Shown here: positions 17,897 through 26,037 of the stretch, one piece after another
Position numbering within the stretch: the first letter of the stretch is position 1
Layout: every line of letters begins with the position of its first letter
DNA from: an uncultured virus (IMG/VR IMGVR_UViG_3300032050_000078)
Taxonomy: Duplodnaviria > Heunggongvirae > Uroviricota > Caudoviricetes
Reading direction: 5' to 3' (one strand)
DNA: 64,000 nucleotides
IMG/VR virus record: IMGVR_UViG_3300032050_000078
Location: 1-64,000 of that record
Made by a program: the position numbers and the translations under genes
The notes under the pieces: generated by a model
Databases searched by the model: none
What the model was told of the DNA's origin: nothing
The model's input: the letters and a program-made list of their open reading frames with translations, nothing else

Positions 17897-18598
17897 TTAT
17901 TTGTTTGTTTTTCTTAACTCATATAAAATAATGTCTTTTATATGTTCCTCGTGTAAGTTATAGGTGTTACTTACTTTCTCAATAACATTTTTAACAGTTT
18001 CGTTTTCAAATATATTAAGAGCCTTAATATCTCCCTGATTACAATAGGGAAATCGTTTACATTTTTTTTTAACCTGAACGAATTTTCCTCCTGGTATCTG
18101 TGTCTTCCTTGATGGTTTCCAATTCTTCTTACTTGTGGTTTTTGCCCAAATACTAGGTCCTTCATACGCACCAACTCCATAACCTGAAGACGCGGTTTCT
18201 GTGGCTTCAACTTTTTTGGGTTCTTCACCTGAAAACAATGGTGTTGTTATATCAGATCCCGAACTTCCAGTTCCTGTTGCCTCTTTAGTTTCAGTCTTAT
18301 CTTTACTAATTAAAGATTTTAAGAAATCTTTAAGTTCTTCAGGTTTCTTTAATAATTTTCTTATTTCACCTTTGATTTTATTATTAGTTAATTTTTTATT
18401 TTTAACTAATTTCATAATGTCGGATAAATCAACACCATCTTTAAGATAATCTTTTGATTTATTTCTAATATCATCATCTTCCGACTTTTTATTTTCAGTA
18501 AATTCTTTTCTCGCTTTTGCTTGATCAATACCTGTCAATCCAATCATATTGGCTTCTTGGTTGAATTGTTTTTTAAATAAGTCGGTTAGGTTTTCCAT
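17897..18598 (-). CDS. Hypothetical protein, 233 aa
   Basis: ORF; KKKCKRFPYCNQGD segment. Confidence 0.7.
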   Translation of the reverse strand: MENLTDLFKKQFNQEANMIGLTGIDQAKARKEFTENKKSEDDDIRNKSKDYLKDGVDLSDIMKLVKNKKLTNNKIKGEIRKLLKKPEELKDFLKSLISKDKTETKEATGTGSSGSDITTPLFSGEEPKKVEATETASSGYGVGAYEGPSIWAKTTSKKNWKPSRKTQIPGGKFVQVKKKCKRFPYCNQGDIKALNIFENETVKNVIEKVSNTYNLHEEHIKDIILYELRKTNK

Positions 18599-18843
18599 TA
18601 CGCACTTCTGAATTTTGATTCCCAGAAACTTCTTTGTTGATACATTATCGTATAGAATTCTCTGAATGATTTTATTATTAAGTCTTTTACATCTTTTTCT
18701 AGTTTACCTCTCTTCATTTCTTTGGAAATTCTATCTAACAGTTTATCTTCAAACTGTTTCACAGTAGTTGATCCTAAGAAATCTTTAATCTCTTTTCTAA
18801 CCAATGTTTCAATTTCTCTTTTATCTGTTTGTGATAGTGCCAT
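18598..18843 (-). CDS. Hypothetical protein, 81 aa
   Basis: TAATG-coupled on both sides. Confidence 0.7.
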   Translation of the reverse strand: MALSQTDKREIETLVRKEIKDFLGSTTVKQFEDKLLDRISKEMKRGKLEKDVKDLIIKSFREFYTIMYQQRSFWESKFRSA

Positions 18844-19250
18844 TATTTAAAAATAAGTATATAGGTTAATGCACCAATTATCGCCCCTCCAACAATTTCA
18901 ATAACTGTATTTTTGGTTTTAATTTTTTTAATATCTTTTCTTAATCCTTCATTTTGTTCTTCAACAATTCCAAATTTTTCTTGTTCCTTTTGAATTTGTA
19001 ACTCATAATTATCTTCTTTAAGTTCCATTGTAGTGATAATATCGTTTTGAACACTTACTTTGTTTTGAGTTTCTTTAAGTTCTGTTTCAGTTAATTTAAG
19101 TACTTCAGTTAACTGATCTAATTTATTTAAATCTAACGCAATTTGTTTTCCAACACTATATGGGAAACAAATCTGTGTTGTGTCCTTTTTAACTTGTCCA
19201 AATGATAACAATGGAACGAATAACAATAATGTAATTAATAAATTTTTCAT
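18843..19250 (-). CDS. Exported coiled-coil protein with signal peptide and C-terminal TM; possible spanin component
   Basis: MKNLLITLLLFVPLLSFGQ signal peptide (ATG 19250), coiled coil, then IVGGAIIGALTYILIF. Confidence 0.6.
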   Translation of the reverse strand: MKNLLITLLLFVPLLSFGQVKKDTTQICFPYSVGKQIALDLNKLDQLTEVLKLTETELKETQNKVSVQNDIITTMELKEDNYELQIQKEQEKFGIVEEQNEGLRKDIKKIKTKNTVIEIVGGAIIGALTYILIFK

Positions 19251-19251
19251 C

Positions 19252-19605
19252 TTAATACTTATATCTTTTATGGAATAAACTGTCAATTTGAGATGGTTTC
19301 ATTCCTGTTATTTCTTCACCTTTTTCTTTATAATATTCTTTTATTATAGTTTTTTGGTTTCTGACTTGTGCAATTGTTGAGTCAATCTTACTTAGTTCTG
19401 TCTTATATTCTAAGATTCTTTTATCAAGCAGTTGTTGTTTTTTTAAAATTGAGTCAATGTCTTTATCTAATTGTTCTAATTTATATTTATCTAATTCTGA
19501 CATTTCAGGTTTTGGTGTAAATAAATAAACCATAAAGTACATAACAAATAATCCAACCCCAACAAATAGGATGTATTTAAAATTGGTATTTAAGAATTGT
19601 TTCAT
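19252..19605 (-). CDS. N-terminal TM plus coiled-coil protein; i-spanin-like
   Basis: YILFVGVGLFVMYFMVYLF followed by heptads; close to the amidase gene. Confidence 0.55.
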   Translation of the reverse strand: MKQFLNTNFKYILFVGVGLFVMYFMVYLFTPKPEMSELDKYKLEQLDKDIDSILKKQQLLDKRILEYKTELSKIDSTIAQVRNQKTIIKEYYKEKGEEITGMKPSQIDSLFHKRYKY

Positions 19606-20216
19606 TTTTCAGGTGTTTTCTTTTTTGATGCAATCACTTTAGACCACTTAGATTTAAATTTCTCGTAGTATGTTTGTAGTTTATTAACAAATTCTAAGAA
19701 TTCATCATCCAACTTAATCATAGTACCATTTATGTATACCCCTTTAGTTTCACCAATTGAGAAGAAGAACTCAAGATCCAATTCTGTAATTTTACCTGAC
19801 CATTCTACATTATTTTCATAAACATTTAGTTTATTGAAGTCCACAATTTCCGCCACTTCCGCAACAAACTCATCCATACTTTCTTGGAATGCGATTTTAT
19901 CATCGGTTGTTAATTGTATATCAGTACTATCTGTTCCATGAAGAACTAAAATTCCGCCCGAAATTCTATATGCTTTTTTCTTTTCAGGTTTACTCTCTGT
20001 TTCTTCTTCACCGCTATCAGCAGTCTCATATTCAATTTCTTCTTCTGAGTCCCCTAATGGATTAATTTTTTTTGTTATATCAGTTGTTGGGTTAGACTGT
20101 TCAGTTATCATACCATAACTTTTTCTAATTCTATTAGACTCTTCGTTTAATAAATCCCCCCCAAGTAATCTTCTTGATGATTCTAATAATTTTTTTAGTT
20201 CCTCGTAATTATTCAT
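19602..20216 (-). CDS. Hypothetical protein with an LNEESNRIRK leader
   Basis: ORF track 19602..20222; ATG 20216 preferred. Confidence 0.7.
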   Translation of the reverse strand: MNNYEELKKLLESSRRLLGGDLLNEESNRIRKSYGMITEQSNPTTDITKKINPLGDSEEEIEYETADSGEEETESKPEKKKAYRISGGILVLHGTDSTDIQLTTDDKIAFQESMDEFVAEVAEIVDFNKLNVYENNVEWSGKITELDLEFFFSIGETKGVYINGTMIKLDDEFLEFVNKLQTYYEKFKSKWSKVIASKKKTPEK

Positions 20217-20805
20217 TTTCAATTAGCTTTATAAATTGTTCAAAATTAAAAGCCGGACTAACATCAGTAAATTCACTATCAAAATTACTTTTAGTCACAA
20301 TACCTTCATATCTTTCAACACCATTTATTTTAGTATTATGTCCGATACATTCTTTTGTTATAGAGAGTTCTTTCATTAAATGATTACATAATTCGGCAGT
20401 TTTTTCTATCTGAATTTCAGTATATGGTTGCCAAAAAAAGTAATCTCTCCACTTTTTTTCATATATCTTCTCCTTATAAATATTACCAATCCAATTAATG
20501 TGTGAATTTTTTAATGGTTCTTTTTCCATCCATCCTAAATTCTCTAAACATACTATGATTGAGTTCCTATTTATATTGGGTTCTGAAAAATAATTAGAGT
20601 GTTCATTATCATTTAGAAGTTTTAAAATTTTACCTTCTCGGTTAACAATATAATTTGGAACTTTGTCGTATTTTCCGTTATATCGGTACTTTAAAGACAT
20701 TAAATAGTTTTTAACATCTCTAGATGTATGAGATAAAATTATTTGTTTTTTCTTCTTTTGTTTTCCCGTCGGTTTAAATTCTCCGTATTTTACAACATCA
20801 ATCAT
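20209..20805 (-). CDS. N-acetylmuramoyl-L-alanine amidase (Amidase_2); putative endolysin
   Basis: IILSHT, YIVNREGKI, NRNSIIVCLEN, YTEIQIE, IGHN and DVSPAF motifs. Confidence 0.8.
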   Translation of the reverse strand: MIDVVKYGEFKPTGKQKKKKQIILSHTSRDVKNYLMSLKYRYNGKYDKVPNYIVNREGKILKLLNDNEHSNYFSEPNINRNSIIVCLENLGWMEKEPLKNSHINWIGNIYKEKIYEKKWRDYFFWQPYTEIQIEKTAELCNHLMKELSITKECIGHNTKINGVERYEGIVTKSNFDSEFTDVSPAFNFEQFIKLIENE

Positions 20806-21890
20806 TCTTTTTTATATACTAATCTTTTTTTATTTTTTACTTCATTAATATCTAATTCATATTTATCAATTGTATCAAACAATTCATCAACAACTAAATC
20901 AGGGGATGATGGTTTTGGCGTATCATTTTCAATATCATCTGATAACTCCTTGGATATATCATAATCAATAAAACTATACTCATTGACTTGATCGGTAGTT
21001 GATCGGTAGTTCATCGGTAGTTCATCGGTATCATTAACTTGGGGGGTACTTGGAGGGTAGTTAATGGGTACTTGGGGGGTGTCTTCTTCTTTTCTTCTTG
21101 ACTTAAATGCTTGGTTTGTTGCAATAACCAATGTGATTGCTAAAGGATCGAATACAAATATTAAAATTAAAATAAATAAATTTGCAGTCCTTTTAATTTC
21201 CCAATCAAGAAGTTCACTTACATACTTAATAGCCCCAAGTTCACTACCAGATATTTCTTGAGATTCCATATCTAAAATTTCAATGTCAAGTTTAGTAATA
21301 CTATCATTCATTGAATCAATTCGTTTTGCGATAGTGTCTCTTCTAACTTGTGCTTGTGATAGTTGTGTCTCAAATGATCGTCTATTCGCATTATTTGCTC
21401 TTGTAACTACTTGTCCAGTTCTACCGTCCACAGATTGTGTGGTGGTGTTATTTGAAAGTCCGTCTCTCAACTTTGTTATATCCCCATTAAGAATTGTTTT
21501 TTCTTTAGAGAGTTCGTCTTTTATTTCTTCAAATCGTTTCTTTTTAACTTCAACATTTTTGACTTTTTTCTCATTTATTTCAAGTTTTGCAATGTTTCCC
21601 TGAAACCCTGTACTCAATAATCCATAAATCCCTAAAGAGGTTATAATTGATAAAGTCACCAATGCAATCGTCATGTATATCTTCAACGCGCCATATGTTT
21701 CCTTCCATTTGTCATGAAGATATGTTGCAATAGCAATTTTTGATATCTCCAAAAATGAACCCATTATTATTACTGGTATTGCAACGCCAATAAAAACAAT
21801 TGATAATCCAACAACACTATAATAGGCAGCAGTTCCCGATAAACCTATCGCACAAAATAATAAAAACCAAGGTAAAAATTTTTCTTTCAT
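20802..21890 (-). CDS. Multi-pass membrane protein with a coiled-coil domain
   Basis: Three N-terminal TM segments, a coiled coil, then LILIFVFDPLAITLVIA TM and an acidic tail. Confidence 0.75.
   Translation of the reverse strand: MKEKFLPWFLLFCAIGLSGTAAYYSVVGLSIVFIGVAIPVIIMGSFLEISKIAIATYLHDKWKETYGALKIYMTIALVTLSIITSLGIYGLLSTGFQGNIAKLEINEKKVKNVEVKKKRFEEIKDELSKEKTILNGDITKLRDGLSNNTTTQSVDGRTGQVVTRANNANRRSFETQLSQAQVRRDTIAKRIDSMNDSITKLDIEILDMESQEISGSELGAIKYVSELLDWEIKRTANLFILILIFVFDPLAITLVIATNQAFKSRRKEEDTPQVPINYPPSTPQVNDTDELPMNYRSTTDQVNEYSFIDYDISKELSDDIENDTPKPSSPDLVVDELFDTIDKYELDINEVKNKKRLVYKKE
20988..21082. repeat. Two blocks of 4 x 11-bp tandem repeats (TTnnnnGGTAn)
   Basis: 20988-21031: TTGATCGGTAG x2, TTCATCGGTAG, TTCATCGGTAT. 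21039-21082: TTGGGGGGTAC, TTGGAGGGTAG, TTAATGGGTAC, TTGGGGGGTGT. Confidence 0.85.
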
Positions 21891-21927
21891 ATTATTAAAC
21901 TATACCTAATAAATATAAAAGATAAAG

Positions 21928-21953
21928 AAAAACCCCCATTTTAGGTGGGGGTT
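21928..21953 (-). terminator. Intrinsic terminator
   Basis: AACCCCCA-N7-TGGGGGTT hairpin with a T run on the minus strand. Confidence 0.75.
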
Positions 21954-21980
21954 CATATATGATAGGGCTGTTATTTTAAA

Positions 21981-22427
21981 TTAACGATCCTCAATTGTAA
22001 ATCCAGAAGAATCAACTTCAGGTCCATTATCAATTATTGTCTCAACAACAATTTCCTCGTTAATAAACCTGGATACCGACGCAAATTCAATTTCAACATC
22101 ATCCATAATACTTTTCTTAAACTCGTTACACTGTTCTTCATTCTCAAAAGAACCACACTGTGTTGCTGGTGAATGATATGTCTTTATTCTGTACGCACCA
22201 TAAGGATTTTTAAGTTCCGAAACATTCATAATCAGATTTTCAAAATGATAATCATCACTTCCGTCTTTGGTGATGAACCTTCCGGTACCGTCCCTTTGGA
22301 ATGTTTGTGAGTAGTGATACCCACAGTTATTACAACTTACATATTGTTCCCCTGTTTTGTAATAGAAGTCACTAAACGCTTCGTGTTTACAATTTGTACA
22401 TTCAATATAATCAATTACGCTTCCCAT
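21981..22427 (-). CDS. Zn-ribbon hypothetical protein
   Basis: CTNC...CNNCGY. Confidence 0.7.
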   Translation of the reverse strand: MGSVIDYIECTNCKHEAFSDFYYKTGEQYVSCNNCGYHYSQTFQRDGTGRFITKDGSDDYHFENLIMNVSELKNPYGAYRIKTYHSPATQCGSFENEEQCNEFKKSIMDDVEIEFASVSRFINEEIVVETIIDNGPEVDSSGFTIEDR

Positions 22428-22467
22428 ATTATTTTTTAATTTCCCAATAAGGTTGTTTTTGTGTATG

Positions 22468-22487
22468 TGGGGGGTTATACCCCCCCA
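22468..22487. terminator. G6/C6 hairpin downstream of an early gene
   Basis: TGGGGGG-TTATAC-CCCCCCA. Confidence 0.5.
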
Positions 22488-22492
22488 TTTTT

Positions 22493-22939
22493 TTAGTTTT
22501 GTTTAAATGATTTGTCTGCCCAAGTTTTTGCTCCCATTCTACCCCAAAGTTCCATGTCACACATATCAGGGAATGACTCTCTCATTGTCCCAACAGTTAA
22601 CACATCCAAGAACCCTTTGTCGATTGAGTACCACTTACCACCTTTAATTGTGTAAACATTCATCCACTGTCCGTACTCATTTTTTGCTTGGATATTAACC
22701 AATGAGTTTTTTTGGTATCCACGAATAACACTCGCCGCAGTTCCTTTAGTGTCGTGGATATTGATGAATCCTGCCTGACATTTATTTGCGATACGGAATT
22801 CGTATTCTTTGTCCGCATCTTTAAGGTGGTTTGAAACCGAAACTGAAATTCTTTTACCTTTTACTGTGGTGTTGAATGATCCGTAGAATACGTCTCCTGA
22901 TAATGTTCCTTCGTTTACTTTGATGATGTCGTTTGTCAT
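22493..22939 (-). CDS. Hypothetical early protein (MTNDIIKV...)
   Basis: ORF track 22493..22996. ATG 22939 preferred because it lies downstream of the promoter. Confidence 0.75.
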   Translation of the reverse strand: MTNDIIKVNEGTLSGDVFYGSFNTTVKGKRISVSVSNHLKDADKEYEFRIANKCQAGFINIHDTKGTAASVIRGYQKNSLVNIQAKNEYGQWMNVYTIKGGKWYSIDKGFLDVLTVGTMRESFPDMCDMELWGRMGAKTWADKSFKQN

Positions 22940-22962
22940 AATATTTCGTTTTAGATACATTA

Positions 22963-22993
22963 CAAATGTAATGATCTTTTTTAAACCACCAAA
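22963..22993 (-). promoter_or_regulatory. Bacteroidota-type promoter TTTG-N19-TACATTTG
   Basis: TTTG-gtggtttaaaaaagatcat-TACATTTG. Confidence 0.85.
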
Positions 22994-23013
22994 CAAAAAG
23001 TATAGAAAATTAT

Positions 23014-23814
23014 TTAGATATAATCAAATAATTCAGAACTCTCATTTCGTAACCTTCTCAAAGCTCTTTCTTTAATCTGTCTTACTCGTTCTTTAGTTAA
23101 ACCAAAATCACCTCCAATATCTTCCAAAGTTCTTGGTGTTCCACTAAGTCCAAAATAATCCTCAATAATTACTCGTTCTCTTTCATCTAAAACACTAAGT
23201 GTATTGATTAATTTTTCTTTAAGAATGTCCGCAGTATTAAAAGCCGCATCAGGAGCGTCTGCATCCATATTTGGTATCATATCAAGGAATGTATCTCCCT
23301 CATCATTGATATTCATATCTAAGTCAATCATTGATGGTAAAGATGAGAATTTATCCGATAGTTTTCCTCCATTATTCTCAATTTCTTTTTTAGCTTTATG
23401 AAGTTCCTGAACAACATTTACAGGAAGTCTAATTGTTCTCGCATTGTCATTTAAAGACTGAATAATAGATTGTTTAACCCACCAAACGGCATATGAAATA
23501 AATCTCAAATTTTTACTCCAATCAAAGTTTTTAATTGCTTTCAATAACCCTAAGTTACCCTCAGCAACCAAATCAGGAAAATCCAAACCTTGATTTTGAT
23601 ATTGTTTTGCAACGGTAATAACAAATCGTAAATTACCTGTTAACAACTCCTGTTCAACTTGTTTTCGTTGTTTGTCAGTTAAAGTATCCGACATCATAAG
23701 TTTAGATAATTCTTTTTCCCTTTCAGGTGTCATAACTTTAATCTTCCTAATATCCTTTAGGTAGTGAGAGATTTCATCCTGATTAATGGGCATTCCTGTT
23801 CCTTTTTCCTTCAT
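23014..23814 (-). CDS. RNA polymerase sigma-70 factor (RpoD/SigA family, Bacteroidota type, no region 1.1)
   Basis: YLKDI, NLRFVITVAKQYQNQG, DLVAEGNLGL, RFISYAVWW, RTIRLP and TLEDIG..FGLTKERVRQI motifs. Confidence 0.95.
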   Translation of the reverse strand: MKEKGTGMPINQDEISHYLKDIRKIKVMTPEREKELSKLMMSDTLTDKQRKQVEQELLTGNLRFVITVAKQYQNQGLDFPDLVAEGNLGLLKAIKNFDWSKNLRFISYAVWWVKQSIIQSLNDNARTIRLPVNVVQELHKAKKEIENNGGKLSDKFSSLPSMIDLDMNINDEGDTFLDMIPNMDADAPDAAFNTADILKEKLINTLSVLDERERVIIEDYFGLSGTPRTLEDIGGDFGLTKERVRQIKERALRRLRNESSELFDYI

Positions 23815-23819
23815 ATATT

Positions 23820-24356
23820 TTATTTTGAGTATTGTTCCAATTTTAATTTCTCCGCCTTTGTGAGTGAATTTATTCCCTTGTCATTGATTTTATCTAAAAG
23901 TTCGTCCAATGACATATTACACACATCTTCATTTGTTTTATTGATAATAAATGGACTACCTTGATTAATCATATCCATAAACATATCAAAAATCGCACCA
24001 TCATTACTAATATCTTCAGAACTAACAGTGAAAGTATTAATCTCAATCTTATCCTCCTCATCAATAGACAATAGGTGATTTTTTCTATCCTTACCCATAT
24101 TTGTTGCCATCTTACCATTAAATGGTATTAAGGTAAACATAATGTCTTCTAATTCTTCAAAAACCATCTCAACATACATAGACATTTCTTCATATTTTAA
24201 CTCAGATTCAAAATGAAAAATTGCGTTACCATCACCATAAATGTATTTTATCTGTTCTGAAATTACAATGGGTTGGATTTCTTTACCAATTTTAGTGGTT
24301 AAGGCTTCACTATCCATAGTTTCACTTTCACCGTACACAAACATTAGATATCTCAT
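23820..24356 (-). CDS. Hypothetical protein with a C-terminal DUF6576-like helical motif
   Basis: LDELLDKINDKGINSLTKAEK. ATG 24356 preferred because it is downstream of the promoter. Confidence 0.65.
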   Translation of the reverse strand: MRYLMFVYGESETMDSEALTTKIGKEIQPIVISEQIKYIYGDGNAIFHFESELKYEEMSMYVEMVFEELEDIMFTLIPFNGKMATNMGKDRKNHLLSIDEEDKIEINTFTVSSEDISNDGAIFDMFMDMINQGSPFIINKTNEDVCNMSLDELLDKINDKGINSLTKAEKLKLEQYSK

Positions 24357-24369
24357 ATTGTTTTTTTTA

Positions 24370-24400
24370 CAAATATACAAATAATTATTAATCCAACAAA
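24370..24400 (-). promoter_or_regulatory. Bacteroidota-type promoter TTTG-N19-TATATTTG
   Basis: CAAA at 24397-24400 and CAAATATA at 24370-24377 on the + strand. Confidence 0.75.
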
Positions 24401-25299
24401 TTTTTAGATTCTTTATTATTTTTTCTTTTCAATAAAGCATCTTCTTTAGATAAAAGGAATTTAACCTTTGGATTAGGTGTTTCATTAGTGTATGGTTCAA
24501 TATTTTGTATTCTTAGATTTGATAAATCGACATATTCTTCATTGATGTCAATACCCAAATAATTCCTGTTATTAAGTTTCGCCATCTTCAATGTCGTTCC
24601 ACTACCACACATAGGATCTAATACTATATCACCTTCATTACTCCAAGATAGAATATGATCCTCAGCCAATGATTCCGGAAATATTGCAGGATGTTGGAAT
24701 GCAATGTCGTCTTTGGATGAGAACCCTTTACCATTATTAACATACCATACATTATACCTTGTACCGAATTCAGATACAACAAACTTGTCAACCTTTTTAA
24801 GGTTTCCGTCTTTTTCTCTTTTTGATGGATCACCAAAATTACTATGTCCCGCCCATCTATTTGGTTTATCTTTTAATAGATTAACCGTTTTTGGTTTCCC
24901 TTTTGAAAGGACGAACATATATTCAAATACTTGTGAGTATCTACCTGTTTCAGGAAATGGGGCTCCATTCTTATGATAAATCATCGTATCGTACAATGTA
25001 AATCCAATCTCCTTAAATTTAAGTGCTTGTCTGAATGAACTACCAGTTTCTCCACCATTTTTTACTTGATCATTTACCACCCAAATAACAACACCACCCT
25101 TCTTGGTTACTCTATATAACTCACGAGCCATTTCCACAAATGGGAAACTAAATCCATCTTCAAAGACAACCTCATCCTTAATTTTTCCATTATAAGTTCT
25201 TAAGTTATCATACGGTGGTGATGTTACAGTTAAATCAAATGTATTATCCTCATATCTTTGTAATACTTCAATCGCATTACCTAAAATTACTTCATTCAT
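24388..25299 (-). CDS. DNA methyltransferase, beta class (N4-C/N6-A)
   Basis: DLTVTSPPY, HPAIFP, VLDPMCGSGTT and GIDIN motifs. Confidence 0.92.
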   Translation of the reverse strand: MNEVILGNAIEVLQRYEDNTFDLTVTSPPYDNLRTYNGKIKDEVVFEDGFSFPFVEMARELYRVTKKGGVVIWVVNDQVKNGGETGSSFRQALKFKEIGFTLYDTMIYHKNGAPFPETGRYSQVFEYMFVLSKGKPKTVNLLKDKPNRWAGHSNFGDPSKREKDGNLKKVDKFVVSEFGTRYNVWYVNNGKGFSSKDDIAFQHPAIFPESLAEDHILSWSNEGDIVLDPMCGSGTTLKMAKLNNRNYLGIDINEEYVDLSNLRIQNIEPYTNETPNPKVKFLLSKEDALLKRKNNKESKNLLD

Positions 25300-25985
25300 A
25301 TTTTTTCAAAAATTAGTTTTTGGTATACTTTATTGTTTTTAAGACTACCACAAAAAATATTTTCACTATAGTCAATATTTGATAAAAATTTAAGTGTAGT
25401 AAAACTACTATTATTTTTAGCCTCACCTTTCCAAAAATCTTTATCCAAGTTAATTAACATACCGAAAATACCATCAACATATTTTTCACTTTCCTTAACT
25501 TTTTTATCACGATTAATTGATAATGATATTAATAAAAAAATATCCGCTTTTGATGTTGTATGTGTTGCACCTGTAAATGCGGTATCGCTTTGGGTTACTT
25601 TAATTTCAATTATAATAATTTCACCGTTAAACTCAAATATAGCGTCAAAAGATTTACCCTCAATTTCTTCAGTATTAACAATCTCAGTAATTTTAAGTAC
25701 TTTAATATTTGCGTCGTTATAGGTTGAGAGAATTGTATTTAATTTGTAAACTAAAAATGATTTAACACCATCATATGATAATCTGGTTGTAGTCAAAACT
25801 GTGTGTTGTCTTACATCATCTTCAACATCTTTCACCCATTCATTAATTGTCAACCCCTCCCTATTCGCAATAGGGAATATGGTTAAAGGAATTTCGTTAT
25901 CAATATACTCAACTAAATATTTTGCAAACTTTAATTTTTTTAAATGAATAACTAAATCCCTAACCAAAATTTTCTTATCTCTCAT
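25296..25985 (-). CDS. PD-(D/E)XK nuclease; putative type II restriction endonuclease
   Basis: KSFDAIF...IIIEIKVTQ (D...EIK). Translationally coupled (ATGA) to the methyltransferase. Confidence 0.6.
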   Translation of the reverse strand: MRDKKILVRDLVIHLKKLKFAKYLVEYIDNEIPLTIFPIANREGLTINEWVKDVEDDVRQHTVLTTTRLSYDGVKSFLVYKLNTILSTYNDANIKVLKITEIVNTEEIEGKSFDAIFEFNGEIIIIEIKVTQSDTAFTGATHTTSKADIFLLISLSINRDKKVKESEKYVDGIFGMLINLDKDFWKGEAKNNSSFTTLKFLSNIDYSENIFCGSLKNNKVYQKLIFEKI

Positions 25986-26037
25986 TTTAAACTTATTTAC
26001 CTAAATATAAGAATAAAAATCCACTTAGTCATCTATC

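Noticed and set aside
20988..21082. Mini-CRISPR array
   Set aside because: The units are contiguous 11-mers with no spacers.
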